Of a stretch of 64,000 nucleotides of DNA, positions 24,795 to 37,506 are shown one piece after another. Position 1 is the first letter of the stretch, and each line of letters starts with the position of its first letter. Position numbers and translations under genes: made by a program. Origin of the DNA: Octopus sinensis (Eukaryota); the NCBI RefSeq assembly GCF_006345805.1, contig NC_042997.1, positions 168,888,001 to 168,952,000 on the forward strand, given 5' to 3'. The notes below the pieces were generated by a model. It made no database searches and had not been told where the DNA came from. It saw only the letters and a list, made by a program, of their open reading frames with translations.

Positions 24795-25172
24795 ATCTTT
24801 TCTCACTGACACAGAGTCCTTGCAATGCTTAGCTTTGTTACTATGGAAACAAGCACCTATATGTCTGTGAATTTTGGCTGGCTAAACTTACCAAAAACTT
24901 GAAAACTTTAAAATCTATTAACTCTTTATTATTGATTTACGTCGAAAATTAATTTCATATCAATAATTACCATACAAAACTACATCTTTTCTCACTGACA
25001 CAGAGTCCTTGCAATGCTTAGCTTTGTTACTATGGAAACAAGCACCTATATGTCTGTGAATTTCGGCTGGCTAAACTTACCAAAAACTTGGAAACTTTGA
25101 AAGTTATTAACTCTTTATTATTGATTTACGTCGAAAATTAATTTCATATCAATAATTACCATACAAAACTAC
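24795..25172. repeat. Tandem duplication, 2 x 189 bp
   Basis: ATCTTTTCTCACTGACACAGAGTCC starts at 24795 and again at 24984; few mismatches. Confidence 0.92.
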
Positions 25173-25725
25173 ATCAATACACCAAATATGAAATCAATTG
25201 GAACAAAATTGAAGAAACCAAAGATCCGGGTTTTTAGCCTTGATGCTATTATTAATACTTTTGTCCACTGAGTTCCACTGTTAAAAGAAATATACTTCAC
25301 ACCCCAACGAAGTTTCTAGATTTTTATAGTGTAAATATCTTCAGTACACTGTTTGAAAATAACACTGCACTTGTTAGTGGCGAGCAAAAATTTTGAAAGA
25401 TCCTTTACTCATTTAGCATCAAGTTACACTTGGCTACTACAGGTAAGGAACTAAGAGCATCAGCGGTAGTGTCAAACGTAAGCACCAATCCATATTCATT
25501 CAAGATGAAGTAGAACTGCTCATGGTATTTTAGTGGTATAGGAGGTGTATAATTAGTATATTATACGTGGTTTGGTGAATAATTATTACGTGACGAAGGA
25601 TGATCCGAGAAAACGCTTAATCTGTCAAGGCTTTGGAATCAAGGATACCCGAAAACTGATAATGTAGACAGATAGATATATGTATACATGTATATATGTT
25701 CAGCTGTCTCTGAAAGAAACCCGTC

Positions 25726-25776
<51 letters not shown>

Positions 25777-26523
25777 ATATATATTATATATATATATATA
25801 TAGTGATTGCTCCATCTTCACAGGTTCACAGGTTATTGCTGTCTTTTTATGCTGCCTCTATGTCAGTGCATTTCTGACTTTCTGTCCCATTGCAGATCTG
25901 CATGATTTGAAGCATAGGTGACAGACGAAATTTTAAGGTCGAAGGTTAGTCATTGACATCGATTCCAATACTTGACTGGTATTTTATTCTAGCTTAGTAA
26001 AATTGTAAAAATATTATTTTCCGTTCGTTGACATCTTGCATTTTGGCTCCTTTTACATTCTATGCATCGATAAACAATGCAAATTTTAGCCTTAGTCTGG
26101 TGTGTAATCGAATACACATTCGCAAATAGAAATACGTCTTGCTTTTCTTTAATATATTTCTGCGTAAGAAACAAGAACTGTTTCAAGTTCTAAGAATTAT
26201 AGCACCGGTTACCCAGTTTCCATGACCTATAAGAACCGGACACCAGTCTGTTGCAAGGTTATTCGTTTACCTCTGAGTGAACTGGAACAACAGGAAATGA
26301 AAACCACAACGCAAGCCTGGTCCGGAAATCGAAACCACAATTTCGCGATTGTGAGTGCAACACCCTAACTGTGAAGACCACGCACCCTGATGTCTCTGTG
26401 TGAGCAGGATTAATTTTACGAATTAAATACTTTTTTGTGTTACAACTTCCGCATCCGGTTTTACAATTTTCTAGAAAAAAAAAATGGCTTTGTCAATAGC
26501 AGCGCCATGACACTTTCCGGCAC

Positions 26524-26614
26524 CTATTTCTTTACTACCCACAAGGGGCTAAACACAGAGAAGACAAACAAGGACAGACAAACGAATTAAGTCGATTATA
26601 TCGACCCCAGTGCG
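26524..26614 (-). mobile_element. SINE-B1 3' fragment
   Basis: B1 tail; imperfect TSD TTCCGGCACC / TTCCAGTACC. Confidence 0.85.
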
Positions 26615-27435
26615 TTCCAGTACCGACGAGGTTTTTCTCAGACTTGTTCCAAGTACTTGGAGCAGACTAGATTCCGTTCAATGTGGCACTCGAAGTAATG
26701 CAGTTAAACCAAACGATGGATGAAGTCAGACGCAATGATAAAAATACAGAAGGTAAAAAGCGAGGAATAAATAAATGAAATATATATTATTTAATCATGC
26801 AAAAGTAATCAGCATTCGAATTGGTAAAGAACTAAAAATTATTTAGAATATGACACAACATCTGAAGTACAACTTCTACGTGACAGCATCTAAAGTACCT
26901 TTTGTCAGATTTAGACTCGGCAGGACTGAAGAAGAGATATATTCAATGCCTGAACAAAAGATTATTCATGGATATTGCTATTTACACAAACATCGATAAG
27001 AAGGAGAATAATGCTTATTGTGTGGGTCGTACTGATAATTTCACTTTCTGAAGTATATTATTTCTTCCTTTTTCTTTTTCTTTTTTGTTTGTTTTTCACG
27101 TAAAAATAAGAGATAATTCTTGAATATCTTTTTAATATGCAAGAGACTGAAATGTTCTATATTTCTCGATTATGGAAAGCAAGCAAAATGCGTCCACAAC
27201 TCAACGACGGAACCTCAATGTGCTAAATCATGATCTACACTTTTAGAAAAGGAGGACAAATTGGATATTTTGTCCCAGATTAACTGTTTATAAAAAATAA
27301 TAATTATTCCGATAAGGAAATTTATAACGTGCAACTTAATTTGAGGTGTGACGATGGTCTGGTTCACTTTTTCAATTTAATCGTTTTATCACACATCCCG
27401 ATTGGAACCTTTTTTTATATATATAATGCGTAGAT

Positions 27436-27784
27436 CGGTGGTTCTTAGCCGGGTTCCATGTGGTCCTTGAATGTCCATACAAGTTTGTGGGTGGGGGCGT
27501 GCAACAAAAGAGTAAGTTGGGGATCCATAGAAGTATTTTAAGGGTCCCTGAAAAATTTTTTGGTTTAGATGTATGTAATAAGATGAATTGAAAAAAAAAC
27601 CCAGCTAGATTTCTTCCTTCAGCATTTAACGTGGTTCATCCTACACAACATGGGTAAAACAAAATAGGAATTTTGAAAGAAATTTTTATTAAACTAGTTT
27701 TTAAACATTGAATGGCCATGGGGGTCCACCAGAATAAAACAGTAATCAAAGAGATCCATAGATAAAAAATGGTTTAGAACCCTG
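27436..27784. mobile_element. hAT/Charlie-like MITE
   Basis: Termini CGGTGGTTCTTAGCC / GGTTTAGAACCCTG resemble CAGTGGTTCTCAACC-type TIRs; TAGA-containing flanks. Confidence 0.65.
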
Positions 27785-27999
27785 GTTATAGAATGTTGAC
27801 GATGTTGTTTAATCCTAGTTCAATCCTGATTGAACAAATTTAGGATCAAAGATCATTCGGCATTTTATTCATTTATTGACTTCCTTGTCAGGTGTGTTTG
27901 TATGTGTATGTGTGTGTGTGTGTGGTGTGTGTGTGTGTGTTGTGTGTGTGTGTGTGTGTGTGTATACACACATACTTACATATATAAGCCAAATACCAT

Positions 28000-28389
28000 A
28001 TGGCTGTGTGGTAAGTAGCTTGCTTACCAACCACATGGTTCCGGGTTCATTCCCACTGCTTGGCACCTCGGGCAAGTGTCTTCTACTATAGCCTCAGACC
28101 GACCAAAGCCTTGTGAGTGGATTTGGTAGACGGAAACTGGAAGAAGCCCGTCGTATATATGTATGTGTGTATATGTTTGTGTGTCTGTGTTTGTCCCCCC
28201 ACCATTGCTTGACAACCGATGCTGGTGTGTTTATGTCCCCGTAACTTAGCGGTTCAGCAAAAGAGACTGATAGAATAAGTACTAGGCTTACAAAGAATAA
28301 GTCCCGGGGTCGATTTACTCGACTAGAAAGCGGTGCTCCAGCATGGCCGCAGTCAAATGACTGAAACAAGTAAAAGAGAGTAAAGAGAG
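28000..28389 (+). mobile_element. SINE family A
   Basis: Near full-length match. Confidence 0.9.
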
Positions 28390-29130
28390 ATATCAAATAC
28401 CATACGGCATAGGATCTTGATTTATTAAAATTATCCCCACCTCTAGAGAAAGTATCATAATTACGAAATGGCAGTTAAGACCAGATCCATTTGTGATGGG
28501 GAAACCATCCCACGAGTCCTCTAAAATTGACATGCCATTAAAGAAAAGAGCAATTTTATAGCCCGGAGATAAGAGAACAGGCGTTTATGGCATGATAACG
28601 TCATCAGCAGGCAATAACTCGGCCTTATTTTCAGTAGCCAAAGGACTTAGACTTATACAAAAAAAAAGAGTAGAACACATTTATGGCGTAGGTAATTTGC
28701 ATAATTTTTTCTTTTCTTTTCTTTTTTTTGTTTTTGTTGAGCTAAAAGAAATAACTTAGATTGGACAGAGGCATGTATTTAAAGAACAAAGACAAATACA
28801 GGTAAATATATTTGACTCTGATGTTTAAATACTTTTTGAATGATTTTTGTGTGTGTGATTTTTGCGTATATGATAAAATTTGTAATTTTATCATACACGC
28901 AGAACATATCAGAGATTATGGCATTGGTGAGAACTAAGGAAACCTTATGGGGGAGCCTTAACAAGGTCATGGTTAGATGAAATTTTTAAACCGCCTTTGT
29001 GGCTATCATGGATTTAACATCGATAAAACTTTTCAATGACAGTTTCATGGTATATTTAATCTCTTACAAAATAAAACTTTATAAAAAATAAGTTTAAGGA
29101 TTAACAAAGCTAAATGTATATTTATATAAT

Positions 29131-29585
<455 letters not shown>

Positions 29586-29599
29586 ATATATATAACTTA

Positions 29600-29820
29600 T
29601 CTTTTACTTGTTTCAGTCATTGGATTGCAGTCATGCTAGGGTCTGTAAGTTTTTCTTTTAGTCGAACGAATCCACCCCAGTACTTATTCTTTTTAAAGAC
29701 TGGTACTTATTTTACCGCTCTCTTTTGTCGATCCCTAAGTTAGAGTAGTGCAAACAAGCCAACAACGGCTGCCTGGCGGTGATGAGGAAGAAACACAAAG
29801 ACATAAACAGACACTTGGAT
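29600..29820 (-). mobile_element. SINE family A, 3' half
   Basis: Tail-to-tail with the previous copy. Confidence 0.75.
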
Positions 29821-29829
29821 GCATAAGTA

Positions 29830-30240
29830 TGCAGCGGATAGCTTATGAGGTGGGAGACTGCGGGCTGGTGCTTGCGCACTCACAGTTCTTTGTTGGTAAC
29901 TTGACGGTATTATCCGATGCTCTCAGCGGTTCTCAGGGCTCTGCTTTCGAAGCCGTCGATCCTCTTTGCCACGGTCTTCGTGCGGGGCCACGCTTCAGCT
30001 CCATAGAGGAAAATGGAGAGGACCGACGCGTTGTAGATGCGGAACTTCGTCTTCCAGCAGTGGCACCAAAGGGGTTTCCATTGTGAGTACAGACACCGAC
30101 GGCCAGACCACATCTGTGGTTAATCTCGGGACCAAGTCTACATTGTTACTGACGGCGGAGCCCAGGTAGTGAAGGAGCTTACACCAGTGGGTGAGGTGAA
30201 ATATACCTCCGAAATGCCTTTCTCCAGACAGAAACTGCAT
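29830..30240 (-). mobile_element. RTE-clade LINE ORF fragment
   Basis: HYLGSAVS...WKTKFRIYNASVLSIFLYGAEAWPRTKTVAKRIDGFESRALR. Confidence 0.88.
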
Positions 30241-30242
30241 GA

Positions 30243-30421
30243 GCAAAGGGATTAAGTCAATTACATCGACCCCCAGTGCGTAACTGGTACTTAATTTATC
30301 GACCCCGAAAGGATGAAAGGCAAAGTCAGCCTCGGCGGAATTTGAACTCAGAACGTAACGGCAGACGAAATACGGCTACGCATTTCGACCGGCGTGCTAA
30401 CGATTATGCCAGCTCGCCGCC
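30243..30421 (-). mobile_element. SINE family B, 3'-truncated
   Basis: Head and core match. Confidence 0.88.
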
Positions 30422-32099
30422 TATTAGTTTACGTTTCTGTAACTTTACCAATAGAATAAGCACCAAACTTACAGCAAATACTGGAGGGCGCGATTTGTTC
30501 GACTGACCCTGCAAGACGGTGCTCCAACACGACCGCCGGCCAATGATTAAAACAACTAAAAGAGTAAAAGCATAAAATTATGTACCAAGGGCAACATTTT
30601 TCTAATGCATCCATTAGTTTTTAAGACATTAGTGTATGATGATTTTCCAAGATCTGTCTATCAGAACTTCGTGGCTCTCATTTCCCTGAGCACACGTAGA
30701 CCGTACGAACGAACATTATATAATCATTTCCAATGTTATGTCACCTTCCGTTAATGTCGTATAAATAGAAATTAAAAGCATTAACAGTAGTAAAAGTAAT
30801 AGCAGCGGCAGTAGTATTAGCAGTAGCAATAACGACAGCTTTCTATTTCGAAGTTGAGCAGCAATTGTAAGCTGTTTTGACTAACTACTTGATTGTTCAG
30901 GATATGATAGACACATAGATAGAAAGATAGATAGATATAAAGACAGAGAGATAGATAGACAGAGGGAGAGATAAAGAGGGGGAGGGAGTGAGAGAGAGAG
31001 AAAGAGACAGTGAGTTTTTACTTTCTTTGTTGTTTGTCCTATGACTGAATAAAAAGAGAAGACTAACTGAAAACCACTAAGTGACCAGCGATAGCTGTCA
31101 GAGTGACGCCACTGTTTGTCGGAGAGAACGAGACTAAATGACTACGATGAGATAGGTCGTCGACTTTCAAAAATAAATAGAAAACAAAATGGAAAAAAGA
31201 AAACGAACGAAACAAAAACAAAAAGAAAAGAAAAAAAACGTTGAACAGTAGTAATTCTAACGGTATCAAAAGAAGCCTGTATGTCTGCTGCTACGAACTA
31301 CATTCGCTCATTCACTTAGATATACGCACACGCACCCACATACGCATACACTTGCACACACACAAACACACACATACTCACACAGAGCAGCCCACACGCA
31401 CAAACAGGCAGTCACATGCGTATGAATACACTCTTTCACACGCAGGCGCGCACACACGTATACACGCATGCACACAGACACACGTATACCCACAAAATTA
31501 CAATGTGGGGATGTGTGTGTGTATGTGTGCGTGTGTTTCCTTGTGAGTGTGTGACTGTAGGCGTGAATGTGTATGTGAGGGAAGGTGTCTGAGTGAGTAT
31601 GTAAGGGTAGGGTGTGTACTGATGGCGGCTCTGTGTCTGGCTATACCAGACAGAAAAAGCCAGACGGACGGACGAATAAACAAAAGATAGAGAGTGAGAG
31701 AGAGAGAGAGAGAAAGAGTGAAAGAGAGCAAGAGAGAAAGAAAGAAAGAAAGAGAGCGAAAGTGAAAGAGGCCGAGAAAGAGAGCGAGAGAGAAAGAGAA
31801 CGAGAGTGAAAGAGAGCGAGAGAGAAAGTGTGTGTGTGAGTGAGTATGCGTATAAGAAAATATCCAAATTACATAGTAACAATAAAGAAAAAGGAGGAGA
31901 ATGCAACGAGTGACTAAGAAAAATAATAATAATGTTCCTTTCTACTATAGGCACAACGCCTGACGTTTTGACGGCAGGGGGTTTGTCTATTACATTGATC
32001 CAGTGCTCAACTGGTGCATATTATCGATCCCGAAAGAATAATAGGTAAAGTCGACCTCGGCGGAATTTGAATTCAGAACGTTAAGCCAGTAGATAATAT

Positions 32100-32710
32100 G
32101 GTATTCAAATTTTGGCATATGGCCAGTAATTTTGAAAGGAGGGTGGAGCTGTCAATTACATAGACCCCAGTGCTCAACTGGTACTTGTTTTATCGATCTG
32201 AAAAGGATGAAAGGCAAAATCGGGATCATTTCGGTTTGAACGGCAGTTTTTAACATAATTTCTAGGTAACTAAAAAATTTTAAACTTCGTATACTGGTAG
32301 AATGTGTTTATAAGACATCTTTTTCTCTTGGCTTTATTGAGAAAATTCTATAGTTTGTAAGATATTTGTTGTTGTTTTTTCTTCAATTTCTGCAATTTCA
32401 ACCAATCACTGACGTTCATTGAGGTAAAAAAAACATTCTGTGCCGTATGAATATGTCCCTCGTTTAAGAAACAGATTGGGTTTATTTACATTTGTGAAGA
32501 AAAAAAGATACTCTTCCCTCCACCCCTAACCCTAACCCTAACCCTTACTAACCCCAACTAACCCTAACCCTAAAATAGATTGAAATGCAATAGATCGATA
32601 CTAGGGTCACCCAAATTTCATATGACACCGCTAGAAAAAACTGTCGTTCAAACCGAAAAGGCCCCAAAATCGACCTCGGCCGAATTTTGGACTCAGAAAT
32701 GTAAAGCAGG
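32100..32710 (-). mobile_element. SINE-B2 host copy split by MITE D
   Basis: GATGAAAGGCAAAATCG resumes as ACCTCGGCCGAATTT after the MITE. Confidence 0.8.
32223..32664. mobile_element. MITE D (GG-terminal 29-bp TIR, 8-bp TSD, internal (CCCTAA)n); Merlin-like by inference
   Basis: TIR GGATC.TTTCGGTTTGAACGGCAGTTTTT; TSD CAAAATCG at 32215-32222 and 32665-32672; second copy at 60644-61089. Confidence 0.9.
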
Positions 32711-32970
32711 TAAATCATATTTATAATATTTTTTTTAAAGACCTTCTAATATAAACGCAAGGTCATATATTTTGTGGTAGAGAATAGTTAATTTAAATTA
32801 ATCCTCATGTTTACATACAAGCTCCAGGAATGCGTCTTATATGTAAATTGGTATATCTAATAACTAAATACCACTGTATGCAGAGGTTATATAAGCAATG
32901 TTTTCGGAGGCAAAAGTGGGTTAGATAAGTGCTGAAGAAGAGACAACAACCCCCGGAATATGACATATAT

Positions 32971-33310
32971 ACTCAGTGGCTCAGTGGTTAGAGCGTCGAG
33001 CTTACGATCGTGAGGTTGTGAGCTCGAATCCCGGACCGGGCTGCGTGTTGTGTTCTTGAGCAAGACACTTTATTTCACGTTGCTCCAGTTCACTCAGCTG
33101 TAGAAATGAGTTGCGACGTCACAGGTGCCAACTGTATCGGCCCTTGCCTTTCCCTTGGACAACATCGGTGACGTTGGAGAGGGGAGGCCGTTATGCATGG
33201 GCGACTGCTGGTCTTCCATAAAACAACCTTGCCCAGACTTGTGCCTCAGAGGGTAACTCTCTAGGTGCAAACCCATGGTCAGTGTCTGACCGAAGGGGGT
33301 CACCATCACC
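32971..33310 (+). mobile_element. SINE family C (CORE-like), near full length
   Basis: GTGGCTCAGTGGTTAGAGC...GCTCGAATCCC head, TGTGTTCTTGAGCAAGACACTT...CAGCTGTAGAAATGAG core. Confidence 0.85.
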
Positions 33311-33634
33311 ACCATCACTCATTACCCACTTTTGTCTTCGATCACATTATCTGTTTACATCTGACGTTTCGATACGAAACGTTGTAGCAAAAATCAGTGC
33401 TGGCTACAATTTCTATAGAATATCGAAGAAATAACCTTAACAAAATAATCCTAAAGTATCTCGGCTAAAACTTTCTCTATCGACCTTGCAGACGAAGTCA
33501 ACCACCGCGCATTCTGAGCTCATTTCGTATCGAGCCACTCTGTTGTAACTGTCCTACGGAAAGTAATGCATATAATTCAAGTAGCGTCTTGTAATATGAA
33601 AATGAAAGTAAGAGCGACATTTCAGACGCGTTAG

Positions 33635-33780
33635 TTCTTCTTCTTCTTCTTCTTCTTCTTCTTCTTCTTCTTCTTCTTCTTCTTCTTCTTCTTCTTCTTC
33701 TTCTTCCTCCTACTCCTCCTCCTCCTACTCCTCTTTCTTCTTCTTCTTCTTCTTCTTCTTCTTCTTCTTCTTCTTCTTCT
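33635..33780. repeat. (TTC)n/(CTC)n microsatellite
   Basis: Direct reading. Confidence 0.95.
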
Positions 33781-34233
33781 CAACACCAGTCTATTCTATA
33801 GAGTATATCCCTTTTTTTTATTTAAAACTTTTATATCACATAACGTTAACCTTTGTCTTTTATTGTCTCGAAATGTTTATGATTTGGAATGCATATATAT
33901 ATGCATATATGCAATCCTCAGTTTTTATATATCTATGCACGTATGTATGTGTGTATGTATGTGTGCTTGTATACTTGTATGCATGCGTGCATGGATGTAT
34001 GTGTGTATTTATATGTATCTATTCATGTTTGCATGTATGTATGTATATATCTGTGTATGTGTGCCTGCGCGCACATGTGTATTTGAACGTAGTATGGAGG
34101 AATGATTGAGAAGTTCACTTCTTAATCACGAGATCTCGGGTTCAATCCCACTGTGCGGCATCTTGATCATATGTCTTTTATCATAATTCCAGATTGATCC
34201 AGCCTCTTCTTCTTTTTCTTCTTCTTCTTCTTC

Positions 34234-34333
34234 NNNNNNNNNNNNNNNNNNNNNNNNNNNNNNNNNNNNNNNNNNNNNNNNNNNNNNNNNNNNNNNNNNN
34301 NNNNNNNNNNNNNNNNNNNNNNNNNNNNNNNNN
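34234..34333. other. Assembly gap (100 N)
   Basis: Exactly 100 N after a (TTC)n run; true size unknown. Confidence 0.99.
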
Positions 34334-34639
34334 AATGAAATAAAATAATAAAAAATACTTTGAAATAAGAAATAGTGGAGTTAAATATAAATTCTTCGTT
34401 GAATTTTTAACTTTCTTTCTCTTTTGTATTTCCTTTGATACATTAAACATATATTCATTCGACGCCAGTTTTGGTAATTTCATATCCTAATTGACATACA
34501 TGAAGATGTTACAAAGCTGGAATTGGAGGTTGGCTGTTATATCTGTACACAAATACCAAAAATGCATTCTCGATGTTTTGCAAAAATACAAGTGATCACA
34601 ATTTTCAACTTATCCAAATAACCTGCATTACATACATAC

Positions 34640-34670
<31 letters not shown>

Positions 34671-34711
34671 CATACATACATACATACATACATACATACA
34701 TACATAATATA

Positions 34712-35390
34712 CAGGGGTTGGACAAAATAATGGAAACACCTTAAAATTTCAAACAAATTTATTTTAATATGGGGTAGAACCGCCTTTGGCAGTAATTACA
34801 TCTTGAATTCTATGAGCTATGGACTCGTACAAAGCTTGAATTGTTTCCAAAGGAATTTTTGTTCATTCTTCAGCTAAAACACTCTCCAGTTCTTGTAGTG
34901 ATGATGGTGAAGGATATCGACTCCTTATTTGTTTTCTAAAATGCACCATAAATGTTCAATAATATTGCGATCTGGGGACTGTGGTGGTCAGATAAGATGT
35001 TCAACTTCACTAAAATGTTCCTCATGGCATTCAGTAACAACTTTAGCGGTGTAAATTGGTGCATTATCATCCTGAAAGATTGCGTTTCCCTCCGGAAACA
35101 GTTCTGCAACCATAGGATGAATTTGATTAGATACAATGCTTAAATAGCCTTGACTATTAATTCTGCCATGAAGAGAAACCATTGGGCCGGCGGATTTCCA
35201 AGATATAGCCCCCCCCCCCCCAGAACATCACAGATCCTCCTCTATGTTTAACAGTTGGAAGAAGTCAGTTTGGGTCAAAAGCTTCTTTTGGCTGGCTCCA
35301 CACGTATACTCGGCCAGTGGTCGAAAATAAAGAATAGGATGACTCGTCCGAGAAAATAACATTCTTCCACTGCTCTGGGGACCAATGCTG
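34712..35390 (-). mobile_element. Tc1-family DNA transposon, 3' half with TIR
   Basis: TA then CAGGGGTTGGACAAAATAATGGAAACACC; translation WKNVIFSDES...VKH.GGSVM.WG...IFQDDNAP...WPPQSPD.NIIEHLW (DD34E-type motifs), frameshifted. Confidence 0.93.
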
Positions 35391-35569
35391 TAGGATTTTA
35401 CTCCACTATAAGCAGATTTTCGCCCCGACATCCGAAACTCGGAGTTTTATTATAGCAACCGAATAATTGTCTCGTGTTATATTACAGATAAATTCCTCTA
35501 TTTACATATGGCGGTCTCAGTCATTCTTTTGTTGTCATACCATAACTATTAATATATATATCATTTTCT

Positions 35570-35888
35570 CTCTTCTCTCTCTCTCTCTCTCTCTATTCTA
35601 TCTTATATATATATATATATATATATATATCATATATATGATATATATATATATATATAGATATATGTTATATAGTAATATATATATATATATATAATAT
35701 GTATATAATATATATATATGTATATATATGTATATATGTATATATATAGATTAATATATATATATGTATATATATGATATATATGTATATGTATATATAT
35801 ATATGTATGTGTGATGTATATATATGTATATATATTGTATATACGTATAATATATGTATATATAAATACGTATATATATATAATATAG

Positions 35889-35920
<32 letters not shown>

Positions 35921-36192
35921 CATATATAATATAGATATATATATATATATATAATATATATATAATATATCTATTATTGATATATACATATATATTATAC
36001 ATATATATACATATATATACATATATATACATATATATACATATAACATACATATATAATTATACATATACATATATATACATTATATTATACATATACA
36101 CATACATCATATATATATAATATATATAATATATATCTATATTTATATATATATATATATATATATGATATATATATATATATATATTATAT
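35570..36192. repeat. Long degenerate (TA)n tract
   Basis: Direct reading. Confidence 0.95.
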
Positions 36193-36650
36193 AATGATAA
36201 ATATCAAAGTGAGTATATACAGTAGCGGTAAAACATCGTGACGTATATTTGCCATTTCAATATGGCTAACCCCTAAGGGTGGATGCTTACTGTAGTTTTT
36301 AGCCCAGGAGGACACACTCCTCCAGCTGGCCATAGACACACTTTCTGTGCCTTATCAGTATTTGCAAAGGGAAGTCATCCTTCCGTCTTCAACTTATGAT
36401 ACACACGGACTCGAGTTTCGAGGTATTGACCTCTCGTCAGCGTGTGACAATCATAGTTGTCGGCGAGAATTAGATTTCCTTCACAAATACTTATACTTTT
36501 TCCAGCGTCCACTGTCGCTGATATTGAAAAAGTGAAATCAAACAATGATAAATATCAAAGTGAGTTATATACAGTAGTGGTAACACATCGTGACGTATAT
36601 TTGCCATTTCAATGGCAAATATACGTCACAATGTGTTACCGCTACTGTAA
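36193..36650 (-). mobile_element. Non-coding PLE-terminal/retrozyme-like unit: 70-bp direct repeats (period 351), central hammerhead, terminal 39-bp foldback
   Basis: AATGATAAATATCAAAGTGAG...GCCATTTCAAT at 36193-36261 and 36544-36613; inverted arms 36570-36608 and 36611-36649. Confidence 0.75.
36390..36459 (-). ncRNA. Type I hammerhead ribozyme, all core nucleotides intact
   Basis: CACACG-CUGACGA-GAGGU(CAAU)ACCUC-GAA-ACUCGAGU-C-CGUGUG; GUC triplet, predicted cut between 36408 and 36407; stem I extends via UAUGAU/AUCAUA and CAAC/GUUG. Confidence 0.9.
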
Positions 36651-36667
36651 TACATATTTTATACTAA

Positions 36668-36870
36668 GGCAGCGAGCTGGAAGAAACGTTTAGCGAAATG
36701 TTTAGCGGTATTTCGTCTGTCTTTATGTTCTGAGTTCAAATTCCGCCGAGGTCGACTTTGCCTTTCATCCTTTCGGGATCGATAAATTATGTACTACTGT
36801 AGTCGATCTAATGAACTTTCCTCCTCCCCAACAAATTTCGGACTTTGTGCCTAGAGTAGAAAAGATATTA
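36668..36870 (+). mobile_element. SINE family B2
   Basis: Head with small deletion, core, TTGTGCCTAGAGTAGAAAAG tail. Confidence 0.85.
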
Positions 36871-37124
36871 TATTATACTCTATATACAGGCAGTGCCCCA
36901 GCATAACAACGGCCTTTAGGCTGAAACATAGACAAACAGACAGACAGGTAGGTAGGAAGGTTGAGAGATAGAGAAATAGATAAATAGACAGAGGCAGAGA
37001 CAGAGAGACTGCATATACACATACGCGCGCACCTAAAGAAAGAATTACAAAATTTTTAAAGTTTTAATATCCAGTTATTATTATTATTATTATTATTATT
37101 ATTTTATTATTATTATTATATTAT

Positions 37125-37159
<35 letters not shown>

Positions 37160-37187
37160 GTTGTTGTTGTTGTTGTTGTTGTTGTTA

Positions 37188-37420
37188 TTGAGTGAGAGAG
37201 CAGTACATACCATCAAAGTGACACTGGGGTAAAATATACGAAGCCCAGTATACCCATCATGACTACCCGTCTGATAAGGGTACACCAGGCACATGCATCA
37301 CAACCATATGTGTGCGACATGCTGATCTCATATGAAGATAAACAGCGCATGACCTTGTAGGTGGGGCCAAGCAAATCTGTGGTATTGAGCTGAATATTTG
37401 CTGTAGCCCATCTTTATACC
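37188..37420 (-). mobile_element. Family E copy with an internal deletion of about 237 bp
   Basis: Reverse complement of 4053-4240 joined directly to the equivalent of 3797-3815; flanked by (TTG/TTA)n and (ATT)n. Confidence 0.8.
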
Positions 37421-37449
37421 AATTATTATTATTATTATCATTATCATTA

Positions 37450-37506
<57 letters not shown>

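Noticed and set aside
32524-32572. Telomere or chromosome-fusion scar
   Set aside because: The repeats are internal to a MITE present twice with TSDs.
32971-33050. tRNA-like sequence (also all SINE heads)
   Set aside because: No closed acceptor stem; continues into the SINE body.
33358-33390. CTGACGTTTCGATACGAAACGT hairpin
   Set aside because: Simple palindrome; A9 missing and no stem I.
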